DNA of 64,000 nucleotides from Nageia nagi (Eukaryota; Plantae; Pinophyta). The translations under genes were made by a program, and so were the position numbers. The DNA is taken from contig JBITNC010000002.1 in NCBI GenBank assembly GCA_050084985.1, positions 31,496,001 to 31,560,000 on the forward strand, given 5' to 3'. The notes below the pieces were generated by a model. The model was given only the letters and a program-made list of their open reading frames with translations. It did no database searches and was not told the origin of the DNA. This document shows, in pieces, positions 23,470 to 36,396 of this stretch (within the stretch, counting starts at the first letter, position 1; every line of letters begins with the position of its first letter).

Positions 23470-26370
23470 ACCCAAGGTTCGTACTTGGGACTCGGCAAAA
23501 AACCACGACCGAACTTGACAAAAAAGCAAAATTTAAAATATATATACATATTCAATGAAAACATAAGTTTTTTCAATTGCATATTACTTATTATTGTTAT
23601 TAGTGTCTTCTACAAGCCTACTTACCAAACATCAACATTATACAATTTACAATATACATAATTACAAATAAGAAATGGCAAATAGGAAAGGGCATATGTT
23701 TGTATTCATCAAAATGTTAAAATTTCACATTATTTACAATACAAAATATGCCTATGATGGCTAGAAAATACAAAATCACACAATCTATGATGGTCGCAAA
23801 ATACAAAATCACACAATGGTTGAGGGATACAAACTTCAAGTTTTTGCTTTACTTTTCCCCTTTGTCCTACTATAAGCTACAAGCACCCTTTGTGCCTGAG
23901 ATATGGAACTAGATCCAACTACTTCATCTTGTGCCCCTTTGCTCTTCTTGCCTCATTGTCGCTAACTCCTTTGCTAGATTTTAAAGATCTTCAAAAACAA
24001 TGTCAAGAATATTGGGATCCTTTAAAGGTTGATCCTCTCTGATCCATTCATTGGATGGATAAATGGCATCAAGTTCAATGGACTCGTAATCTACACTAAT
24101 GTTTGCATCACGTTTTGCATTATTAGTGTTCTAGCACAAAGGTTTAAAGTTTATCTACACGGCATGCATTGTATGTTTTATGAAAATGTAGTTAATGGCC
24201 TCATAACCTAGAATCTAGAATTCTATACATGCAATTTTTTTTATGCAGTATGATCTTAATGCACAAACACAAGGTCATTTAATTTTTATTATGTTAATAT
24301 GTTTCTCTTCTTGGAGTGAATGTGCTCAGAGATACTCCAATTACGTTCACAACCAAAAGCATTGCATGCCTAGGATAAAATACTGATTGCAAAATTTTGC
24401 AAGTTGGGCATAGGTGACACAATATCCTGTCACCATAGGTCTTAAAAAAACCAATAAAAATATAATTAATACATCACAACTCACAAGTTCACATAAAATT
24501 TGAAATTGAGATTAAAAGATAAAATTTAAAAATTTAAATAACTTATGTGGCAACAAATGATCACTTGCTTGGGCACACTCAAGGGAACTTAAAATAATGT
24601 CAGTGGCATTTTTATAAGATTGCATTTCACATTGTATTTATGTGTGAATACTTGGATGAGCCACCAAATGGTTAATAGCAATCTTGAAACCTAATATCAT
24701 CTAATAATCCTTAAATTTTTTCCAAAAAATATTTGGGATTAAGATAGTAAGTTGCTGCATGAAAAGGCTATGAAGTTGGGAGGTCCAATGTTAATCAATG
24801 AGATCCTAAATGGATTGGTATTTGGCCTTGACATCATTAAAATATGCAGCAATTGACTGTTTGGCCCTATACATGGCCTCGTACACATAACCCATAAGTG
24901 GTTTCTCTCCATCGACAAGATGGAGAATTCTCACCAAAGGCTCTACTACCTAGAAAAAAAGTATTTAAATTCAATATAAATTTGAAACAAAAAAATAAAA
25001 TTAAAAGTTTAATCTTGCAAGTTGTAGTTTGTAGTTGTACTTTGGTGGCCTTGTACGTGGCCATCCAGAAGAGCTCTTCAAATAAAATGGTGTAGACTAT
25101 CTTCCATTGGGTGGTGCCTCTAAACGGCTCCAATTTCCATAAGCCACTCATCGCCAACAAATATCTTCTTCAACGCCCCTTAGATATCAAATTTATTATT
25201 GAAGTTAGTTGATAAAAATTGACAATTGAAAATAAATAAGAATTATCATGTGTATGATACTATGAGTATGAAGTTATGATTTGCCAACTTGTGATTGGAT
25301 GACACTCTGCATTGTAATAAAAGTTGTGGTGAATTATGTAATGTCAAGTCATGCTATCTCCTTGCCACTAGTGTACTACCTCATAGTGTGCAACAACCAT
25401 GAATGATTGTAAATATATTTAATCACAATATTTTCCTTCTCAAGAATTGACATCACTCAACATAATTTGCCAATGTCCTCCAACAGCAAATAAATACAAT
25501 GGACTTCACATGGGGTCCATAGAAGTGTCTAGCATGTTTTCTCCAACAACCTTCATGCTAACTTATAGGCTGAAGCATTGTTTGTGATGATCTGATGAAC
25601 ATTTTCAGCCCCCACCTCATCTACTATATTACCCAACAAGGATGCAAGACGTAATCCCCCCTTCACCATCAAAGATGCATCTATGGATTTCAAGAATACA
25701 ATGCCATCAAATGAGGCAACCAAGAAATTCAACAATGTCTTGCCCTTCCTATCTTCCCAACCATCTAACATAATCATGCACCTCGTGTCTACAAAGCCCC
25801 AAATTGCTTATCAAGCAACTTCTGAATGTCCTACACAAAGTCTTCAAGAAGAGGACCACTCAAATCATGATATGTGGGTGGCTTAAATCATGCAGTCATA
25901 GCATGCAATGTGGGTTGTGGCCCTGGAGTGGAACGTGTAGCAAAATAGGATTCGGAAGTGCCATTCCCATGGTGTGCAATTGAGGCAATGTTGGAGCTAG
26001 TGCAACCACTACAAACTCCAAACCTAGGAAATAGTGGTGGCCCATGTGTGCTATTGATACCTATGGCTCCAGGGGGTTACCATGGCCTTTGTGTGTTTCC
26101 TTTTCAATTCTTTCTTCTCATAAAAATCAACGAAAATTGCATTGCACTTTTGCTCAACATCAATGGGAACATTAGGGCATGGCCAAACTTCTTTCCCCAA
26201 TATCCTAGCTAAGTGATGTTTGAGGTGGTTTATACCTCCTGTCATCTTCATGTCATAGAATTTGCATATTAGATCCCCTTTTTTTGGTCCATATTTCGAT
26301 GTTAGATCTTTCTTCCTTAGGGTTGGACTAGCCATCATGTTGGATTTTTGTAGTTGCATAAGGAAAAATT
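23470..26370 (-). mobile_element. hAT transposon with decayed intron-containing transposase (BED finger, DUF659-like core, dimerisation domain)
   Basis: CKFY..MTGGINHLKHHLA..CPNVP; DGWEDRKGKTLLNFLV; VDEVGAENVHQIITNNASAY; WTPCEVHC; EPLVRILHLVDGEKPLMGYVYEAM; GCERNWSISEHIHSKKRN. Confidence 0.92.
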
Positions 26371-26384
26371 AAAAACAATCACCA

Positions 26385-27370
26385 ACAGGTATATAGAAAA
26401 AAGACACATACGAACATATACTTGCATTTCTCATCTCATCATCATTATGCTCAAAAGATGAGGGTACTCAATACTCTTATAACTAGAGCCCTTAGAATTT
26501 CAGATCATGACCATATACATAAGGAAAAAATGCACTTAACAAAAGCACTAATGAAAAATTGTTATTCCATTAAGGAGATTAGACATGCATGGAATAAGAT
26601 AGAAAGAGGAAAAACTAATGAAAGACAAGACCATAATAATACTAATTCTTACATAGGGGTAGCCTACCTTCCCTATATCAAGGGTTTAAGAGAAATTTTA
26701 GCTAAAATATTAATGAAAGCACATATTAAGACAATTTTTCTTCCTCTCAATAAATTAGAGAACATGTTCAAATCTGTGAACATCACTTAGAATCCTTACA
26801 ACATAAAGGTGTATAGAAGATAATATGTGAGTGTCGAACTTGTTTCGTTAGTGAAACGGGTAGGTCAATACATGCACAAGTTAAAGAACATTGTGCATAT
26901 TTACAATACAATAGAATAATCAAATCTACCTTTGTTGAACATGTGGATAAGACTAAACACCATATACTGATGGATAAGGTTGAAGTCTTGGCTAGATGTG
27001 ATAAATTCCAAGAACGAAGAATTAGAGAAGCTACTAAAATTAAACTTGACCCTTATAATATTAATAGAGACCAAGGTATTGAAATTAGTAGGACATGGTT
27101 ACCTATTATTGACCTAATTCACGAACATAGAAGGAAAGTAATATGATACAAAAATAGTCATAACTTTTGCATTTTAACTAGGTTTTTCATGTTCTTTACA
27201 TCGTTGGAAAGATATTTTTATGTAAAATCTAACTATATTAATTTATTTGGTATTTAATAATGATTGAGAGATGACATTGATCTTATAAAATTGGGTAATA
27301 TTAATCTCTACTTAAAGAAGAAGGTTCCACTTTATTTTCTTCATTCAATAATTTTGAAGATGAATCTCAC
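26385..27370 (+). mobile_element. Penelope-like retroelement (RT thumb and GIY-YIG endonuclease), Dryad-type
   Basis: VYRKKTHTNIYLHFSSHH..QKMRVLNTLITRALRIS; LPYIKG; GVY..ICEC...F.SETGRS..QVKEH; KSTFVEH; RRIREA..I...NINRDQG. Confidence 0.9.
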
Positions 27371-27439
27371 AAATTGGACTTGAAACATCAATAATTCAAA
27401 TTCATATGCAAGTCAACCTCAAACTACTAAAGAATATAT

Positions 27440-30400
27440 TCGATTCATCCTAGATCTAATCCAATCCATAATTATTCAAGGATACATCTCTATAGGATTG
27501 CTTGTATTTAAGTGCACTCATTCTTGGTTGTTTTTGTTAGATCTTGAATGTTATTGCACTTGTAGACAATATTTGATTGTGTTTATTATTTGAGATTGTA
27601 TTTATTTATTATTCATAATCATTATTTATTGTCTACATTTTTGGTAAACCTGTCCTTTTTATTCAAACTTAAATTTTAATTTTTAGGTTTGTTGAACATT
27701 GCACTTTCTATTGAAATTTTCATTGAATTATAGGTGCATTTGCATCTGAAATCTGCATTTTTAGTTTATGCAGAAAACATTAAAACAAACGAGATCTAGA
27801 AAATATTTTCCAAACATTTGGTTGCTTCTTTCATCATAAAAACTTGCCAAAATCATAGGTAATCATAATAGACAACTTTTTGAGAGTAATTTGAGCTCAT
27901 TGCATTCATTTTCATCAAGTTTTCTAGAGGTTTCCAATTTACAAACAAAACGATTTTGCATAAAAACATTTATTTTAAAAATTATTTTCTTGAAATTGGT
28001 GAGTTCTACCATCATAAAACTTGTCCTACATCATAGATATATATGCTAGCAACTTAATTTTATTTTTACATGGTCTAAAAAATTTTATTTTTACATGGTC
28101 TAAAATTGCATATTTTGTCACACTTCTTGAATTCTAGATCTAGCATTTTACCATGGGTGTAAAGGTTGTTTTCATGGATTATGGAATATGTTATTTAATA
28201 CATTTAAATCTCATGATGAATAAATCAAGAACAAGAAATGCCCAAAGTAAATGATATGCTAATCATTGAAAATCATGAGAATGATAGCAATAGTGATGAT
28301 GAAGATTATGGCATGAATTTGATCAAAATGGCAATCTCATCAAGTTATTCAATCTCTCATTCTAATCATTTCTATCAAGATCTCATCAAATATCATCACA
28401 TATCATGAAAGTTATTCAATTGTCATGTCCCTCATCTTTTCATCATTTCCATCAAGGTTTCATCAAAAATCATCATTTCTGAATCTCATCATTTCATCTC
28501 TCAATCTCTTCATACATCATTCTTCATCAAGCCTCATCATCTTCATCAATAATCATTCAATTATCATGATCATCAAAACTCATCAAGGATTATCACAACT
28601 TGCCATATTAATCAAGTGTATTCATATTTAGTTATGTGCATCTCATATCTAGTTAAGTGCATCTCATATCTAGCTAAGTGCATTTCATATTTGTCAAAAT
28701 GTTGCAACAAAAAATATCAGCGCAAACAAATTCAGATTCAGTTCAGGTAGGGGGCAAGTGAGATTCAGATTCAACTGAACTACGGGCAAGTGAGAATCAG
28801 ATTCAGTTCAGCTATGGGCAAGTGAGAATCAAACTTAAATCTTCTTGGAACAAATCATCGATAGAAATCAGTGTAAAAATCAGAGATCAGAATCAGTCAA
28901 GGATCAAGAAGAAATTAGAAAGTAGAAATCAATGTTCAATCAGAACCCTGAGTGGTAATTTCAACTTCAAAAATAAAAAGTCAGAAAATAAAAACGCCAA
29001 TGGAGTTGTTGAAGTTTGTAACAAAAACACCAACAACGTAGAAAAAGTAAAAAATCACAAGTAAAAATCAAGTATATCTCTTTCTTGCAAGTTACTTAAT
29101 CTCAAAAGTGCTTTCATAGAGTTTTTCAAGAATGTTTTCATAGGATTTACCAAGTAAACTTTCATAGATTTTATCAGGAATACTTTTATTAACTTTACCA
29201 AATATACTTTCATAGAGAGTTACAAGAATGATTTCATACACTTTTTCAAGAATGATTTCATAAAAGTTTATCAAGTATGCCATCATATAGTGTTTCAAAA
29301 ATGCTGCAATACACTTTATCATGAATGTTATATGTCATATATAGTCATGACTATCACTAACAAGGAAGGGGCTTGATCACTTTAACAAGCATAGAAACCC
29401 TTCTGCACATCTCAAGTTCTACAGGAAATTCATCATTTCACTATCTAAAGTAAAATCAAAACTGTTCATTTTTTTTCTGATAAGCAGAACCGCTAGCGGT
29501 ATTAAATCTCAAGAAAGTCAAGTATATCAAAACGGTAGGCAGGTAAGAACACGTAGTGTATCCCTCCTCCTTCATTCAATTCATTCAACAAACTTTTGGT
29601 TATGGAGGTATAATTTCTCTCTAATGAAAATGCAAAAACTACACAAGAATTCTCAAGGTTCTTGTAGGGGCAGATTTCTTACAAATATGGCTAGTGAGTT
29701 ATAGGAACCCATAACCAAATCAATAATTCTCCAATAAGTCATGGGAACACATGACACCAACAACTAAGTTCCTTTTTTATTCTTTGAGGGTATTAAAAGA
29801 CTTACACGTTTCTTGATGAATATCAAGTATGCAAGAAATACAAATTCAAAAGTTGGACTAAATCATCTATGATTTTGCTTAGGGGAGATGGCTATGCTCC
29901 TAAAAAACCCATTTTGGTACTTTTGGGGCATTAAAAGTTCCACTATGGGAACAAGTTATCAAAGATCATTCTTGGCTAGATAGCTTTTCTCTCAATTTTT
30001 CAATTTGCAAGTTCTATATTATATTGATTTCATCTTTGCTACTAACATGTTATATCATATAAGATAAAGTCTATGCTTGTATTTGTTTCCTTCATGTCTT
30101 TCAAGCTATCTTCATTGACCTTGGAGAGTAGAGCTTCATCTAATCAATTCTTCAAGCTACAAGATGAAATTTTTGCCTTGCTGCCCATTAGTGCTGAATT
30201 CTTGGGGCAACAAAATCAAAAAGGGGGCATGGATGAGGCATTAATACAAGCACCATCCATACTATAAAGGGAAATACACCTTAGTTTCTATTATATAAGT
30301 TCTTACTTCTCTATTCTTCTTTGGATATCCAATTCAGATTCTTATCATTACATACCTAAAGAGGGGCAAATGTCCAAAATGATTTTTTATTTTATATTAA

Positions 30401-31882
30401 ATCATAATTTAGCGCCTCTATGCAAGATATTATTTAAATTGTGAAACTGCAAATATCAAGGCTAATATGCTTTTTTTGTGTTGATCAATGCTAATTGTTA
30501 TTAATCATGATTATATCTAGAAATGTCTTGAGATTATAATTATTACCTTGTTATTATGGGATTATCGGTTATCAGTCTTTTCTATATCTTGACAAGTATA
30601 AAAGGAGGAGCATGGCATGACATTTCCTATCAAATCTCATCTGATAGGTCGACTGAGAAATAACACAAAACTCTCACAGTGTCTCTCGATGCCACCTATC
30701 TAATACAGATTTGTTATGCCCTCTAACTCTTGAATATTTTCTCTGTTTTGCACATCATGTGATTCATGAGATACATAAACACCACCAATTTTGCCTAATT
30801 GATAATGTTGTTGGTTTTGTTTGAGATTAGAGTGATAGATCTGAATGTGATGACCCTATTTTTGAGAATATCTTGTATTTGGGATTTTCCATCTTCTACA
30901 AGTCAAATATGGTCGTTGCACCTTCAAAATTGGATAGAGCATCTCGTGGCATTTGTTTTAAGTGGTCACACAACCCCTTTTGGACAAGAAACAAAGGAGT
31001 TATGGCTACTTGAAGTTCGCCAATGGGACCAGTTTTCCATATCGCACCCATACACAAAAATCCACTTAACTTAGTGGATTTCTACTTAAAATTGCAACTT
31101 TGGATTATAATAAGCTTTTATGTTATTCTAATCTTATTTTAAGTACTTTTATTTGTAATAAAGCCAATCAATGGCTTAGATTAGCTTAGAGGGGTCAATG
31201 CAAGATTAGGGTTGGAGTCTATATAAGGAGATGCAGCACTCCATTTTTGGGCATGTTATTGATATTATTGAAAATGAAATCTAAAACCCTTGAGTTTCCT
31301 TGAGTGAAGATTGAAGGTCTTGCTCACCCCAAAGTGCATTGAAGGTGCATGGTTTGGATCTTTGGCAATATCATTGAAGGTGTGATTGCCCTCGAAACAC
31401 AAAAATACAAAAATAGTCCCAAGGAGATTCGTGGCATTTTGGGGGTGTTATATCTGCATTTTGATGTTATTTTTGTGGATGCCCTTGGTTATTCCAATGC
31501 ATGTATTGTCTTGCAATATTTTAATATATTCTCTTGGCTGGTTATTACTCATTTCTGGGTGTCTTTTGAGTAATATTTCAGTTCTGTATTTTTTCTATAC
31601 TTGTATTTCTGTAATTTCGTTTTTGGAACATTACACTGAGTGACGACAAACATAGATTCAAGTCATTGTATATCCATATTTGGTCCATCGTAGATCCAAT
31701 CCAATCCACTTCTTATTCTCTAGAGGATTTGCTTCTATTCAAGTGCACTCATTCTTGGTTATATTTATTAGATCTTGAATGTTATTGCACCCTATAGATA
31801 GTATCTAATGGTATTTATAATTTGAGATTGTAGATAATAATTTTGTTCATTTATTATTCATAATCATTATTTATTGTCTACA
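27440..31882 (+). mobile_element. Non-coding LTR retrotransposon (LARD-like): truncated 5' LTR ending 27636, 3' LTR 30371-31882
   Basis: Shared LTR end ...aagtgcactcattcttggtt...atcattatttattgtctaca at both positions; tggtaaacc PBS-like site after 27636; aaagagggg PPT before 30371. Confidence 0.7.
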
Positions 31883-32029
31883 ATCAGCAATTTTTATTCC
31901 CTAGGCAGCAAGATCTTTTTCTTTGGTTGATCTTAGCAGCAATAAAATACCATATTAAATCTTCCAAACTTGAACATTGTGAGCATAATGGTTAACTCTT
32001 ATTTCCTTCTCTCTATTGGAACATCATTC

Positions 32030-33350
32030 AAGCTGTAAGAAAATTAAGCACTAGAAAGGGTTGATTGGGAGGGCGGCAAAGCTGAGTTTCTCAAGTATGG
32101 CACAAATTCACTTATGCATCTCTCACATATTTTTTTGATGAGGTTGCGCATATTAGCTTCTTCTCTTCTTGCTTGAAATATATTATTTGCATGATCCACA
32201 CAGTTTGGGAGAGTTTGATCCCAAATAACTATAGACTTATCATCATTGGACACACACTTGCTAAGGTTTATATCAGGATCCTAGAAATGCAATCCAATCA
32301 TTTAGATTAGGGCGAGCTTAAAGCTAAGGGTTAAGCACAACTCAAGAGTGATTATGAGACAAGTTACAACATTTTTACTCTTTTAGCTACTATTAATGTG
32401 GCTCATCTACAATCTTCTAAGATATTTTGTTCCTTTGTTAAGTTCAGGATGCCCTAAATGGTAAAATTCAACTACGGGGCATTGATATCTCCATATCTTT
32501 CATCACCACTAGCATAAGTTTATATCAAGAGGTTGTATATTATTGCACAAATTTAAGTTTTTAGAGGTCAATAGTGTTATTGCAATCTAACAAGAATGCC
32601 GTTTTTCTCCAACTCTCTTTGGTGTTTATGTTGATAGGCTTGAATACTTCATTTGTTACAACACTCATGCAAAAGAAAGTTGTTCGATGCAACATGTTCT
32701 CATTGCTATATTCCTTTCTATTTATATAGTTCTTCTTGCACTCTTCCCTTGAACAGTTCGGCTTCTCATATGAACCTTTTTATCTTTCATTATCCTTGGC
32801 AAAACTAAGATCATGATAGCCAATGCTTTAGAAAAATGCTATTCTAGTTACAGTTTTTCCTCAAGTGTAAGCCACTTGAGATTGTCACATCTTACATATT
32901 TGGAGTTGAACTTTCAAGATTTTCACAAAATCTCAAACCTGTTGTGTCCTCATGTCTTTGTCTTTGAAACACCAATGTGTACAAATATATTTCCAAGACA
33001 GGAATACAAGGATGCACCTCTTTAACAAGATACTTAGGCCTACAATGCTTTTATCTTTGAGACTCGAAGCTCCAGTTTGGGAGTGCTTATACATATATTA
33101 AGTGGATTGAGACACCCCTCTAGCACATTATACATTGTAAACGAAAAGTTGTGTAACCTTTTTCTTAGGTTCAATTCTGCACTTAATCACTTCATATTGA
33201 TAGATTAAGACCACATGCAACTTTTCAATGGGTTAGGGAGAGATTTATCTATTAAGATTTGGGTTACTCCTAGTGAACAACAATGAGGTTGGTTCGTAAT
33301 ACCCAACATTCTTTGCTTTATTCCTATCTCCAAAAGTTCACTTCCACCCT
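32030..33350 (-). mobile_element. Highly decayed LINE-like fragment
   Basis: Only weak motif remnants are visible. Confidence 0.3.
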
Positions 33351-33546
33351 TCAAATCTTCCTTATCTCTTAATGAATAACAAGATGAATATGAAAGCAGC
33401 TACTCAAGACATCCATTGTACAGATATATTCAGCTTACATGGATCTCCTCACCCAGCATCTTAGCCCCCAAAATGGCCATTATGCCCAACACTTCTAAGA
33501 GAATCGAATTATCACTTGTCTTCATTATAATACAGTGGCATTGGAC

Positions 33547-34192
33547 CCATGGCTTGAAGATCCCACTTGGCCAACTTCGGATTTGCTCCTAACATGTGAA
33601 ATTGTCGATGTATCATACATCCCCAAGGATGACTATAGTTGTTGCCTTTTCTTTGTTCAAGAGGTTGAAAGTTAAGAATTTATTTCTCAGTGTCTTGTCT
33701 TTTATGAGATCCGATGGAGAAGCTATTGTTTGTTCATAGACTCAAAAGTGTCTCTTGTTATCTTTTTCTGCTACTGCAGGCAAAAGTGCTTAGCTTTGTA
33801 ACTAACAGAAGAAATTCCTAATTGGCAGGAATCACACTTCAAGGGAGACCTTAAGAACAAGCAAACTTATCTATCACTCCTACAACCATTTTTTGTTGTT
33901 GAGGGCAACAAACAACCCTTTGACACTATGGGGACCCAAGTTGATGAAAAACCATGGGAATCTTTGACATCAGAGCCATAGATTCAGGATTCTACTTGGC
34001 CAACTTTGGCTTTGCTTCTACCATGTGAGTTTGGAGATGGATCATACGCCCCCAAGGATGACTAAATTTGTTACCTTTTCCTTGTTCAAGAGGTTGAGAC
34101 TGAAGAAAAATCTATTTCCCGGTGTCTTGTCTATTATGAAGTCCAAAGGTAATATGATTGTTTGTTTCGAGAATCAGGAGTGTCTCTCATTA
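33547..34192. repeat. Diverged direct repeat ~210 bp (33547-33760, 33977-34192)
   Basis: Shared acttggccaactt.gg.tttgct.cta.catgtga...ccccaaggatgacta...ttgttcaagaggttga...gtgtcttgtct. Confidence 0.8.
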
Positions 34193-35619
34193 CCATAGGT
34201 CTCATCAAATTGTAATTGCCAGACCCTATCACAACCTATAATAACATCGAGTCTCTCATTACCATGTTATTGCACGATCCCAACAGTTAGAATTATCTCA
34301 TTCTTATATATAACTGATCTCTAACCAAGATCTATTTTATTAGGTAAGAGTGTGTTTGTATTTAGATGGATTACGGAAATCCATAACAGAACATGATTAA
34401 TTACCCTAATGTACATTGTAGACAGTGAGATGATGTTAGCTTAATGGTTTCAAATTATCATTCTATCAATTATTAGCTTATTTACTTTACAGTATGCCTG
34501 CAATCCATTTTTTATGAATGTAATTGAGCTTTCAATTATGAAAAAACACTTTAAGCATACAATAGTTCAAGACAGCCAGTTAGACCTACGATATATACCT
34601 AATTGCCCTATTGAATAACCAGTAAAGAATAAAGAAATGCAATTCAAATCAAGATAAAAGGACAACTTCTCATTGGTTATCTGTTTTATTTGCAATATAC
34701 AATCAAACAGTACGAAAATAGTCTTATTTTATTTTACCTAAATTAAGTTTTCATTTAAACTATTACTAACGTATAATATGGACTTAACTGGAAACAAGTT
34801 AATTAAAAATGATTTGTACCACATTACCATGTGATTCATTCAATATTTAATTCCTAAGTTGTCACCAAACCTTAATGGGGAAAGAGCAAAATAAATCCCC
34901 AGGATATCATCCTCATGGATCCACATTCCCTCTGCAGTGAATTTATGATTCAACCAACCCACCACATTCATATATAGCTGTGGCACACAAATATTATTTC
35001 ACTATAGTGCAATTTCCCTGTTGGGGCCCTCAAGTGAATTATATATGACCATTATCCAGAGAGTCCTGAATTGTACTTTGTTTAGCTGCATCATCCATTG
35101 GCTGTATTTGCCTTCAACAAAATTTACAAGTCCAACATATAAGTAAAGTTGGGTGATTAACTTTGAAATGCTTAGGTGATGCCATGTCTGAAGTCATTAA
35201 GGTAACTTTTCTATCCAAACAGAAATGTTCGCAAGTTAAAATTCAAGGTATAGAATACAAACATGACTTTTAACATCATTGACTATTACCACAACAATTA
35301 ACATCCTGAGAATATGAAGCACAATCCTATCATCAACTTTGTACAATTGTCAAATTCTAGTCATTGGCATCAGTTTCTAAAATTCAAATCTCTAGAAAAC
35401 GTCATATACATTATGTTCAACTTTCTGATGTTCACGAGGAAAAGATTCCTTGACTCATAATAGCTCCAACAGTCAGAAATAAAGGTAGGTGTTTTTCTAT
35501 TACTTTTCATCATACTAAATTAATGGCATAAGAGCAAGTGCTAAAACAATTACAAGTTGCATAGCATTCTCTATGTAGCAGGTAACGTGAGTTATGTTTC
35601 AAGTTGAAATAGAATTTAC

Positions 35620-35697
35620 CTCTGGATAGTTTTGACCATCAATCTTTTGTATCTCTATAATCACATCTCTAGCAGTCTTGGTGAAATTCTTTAAGCC
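35620..35697 (-). CDS. Sec14/SFH exon 4 (GLKNFTKTARDVIIEIQKIDGQNYPE)
   Basis: TTTTGCAG| and |GTAAAT; 78 nt, phase 0/0; NYPE motif. Confidence 0.95.
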
Positions 35698-36396
35698 CTG
35701 CAAAATATGGTTACCCAAACTAAGAATCCTTTGGAATAAATATAATTACTTGCAGTTAAATTGAGATACCCAGCAAGTATTAAATAAATAAATTATTAGC
35801 ATTCTCCAGATAAAGAGAACAGTGAATGAACTTTTTAACATGAAAAGTTATATAATAACACAAAACAGTAATTGCAAATGGAATAAAAGAAAAGCAGGCT
35901 TCATCAGCTTAGCCCCCTCCAAGCTTCATCAGCCTTATTTTCTATGAAAAGAGTTCCAGTCAACCAATTACCTAAATATCCTCCAATGATTGATAAAGTT
36001 CCCATCACACATCTTATAAACCTGTTTGACTCCACACATCACCACAAAATTTCCTACACCTAGATTGATTCTTCTGGATAAGGTTGGCACAGAACAAAGT
36101 TGATCTCTGACGGCCACAGTGTGGAAAATAAATTTGCTTGTTTTGAAATCTATAATATTTTTCAAGAAACGTTATTGCCTTCAATTGCATTGCTATTGGA
36201 TGGACCTACAGTTAATATTGATAATAGTGTGGTCATACAAAACAAACTAATTCCATGCTCCCAAATTTAATGAACAAAACATTAAAACTAGTTCCAACAG
36301 TAGGGCTTCAAAAGATAATATTAGAAATGTCAATATTGTCTTGCATGGTGAATGATCCAAATTCATAAAGTATTCAGAGTTATTTGAAGAATTAAT

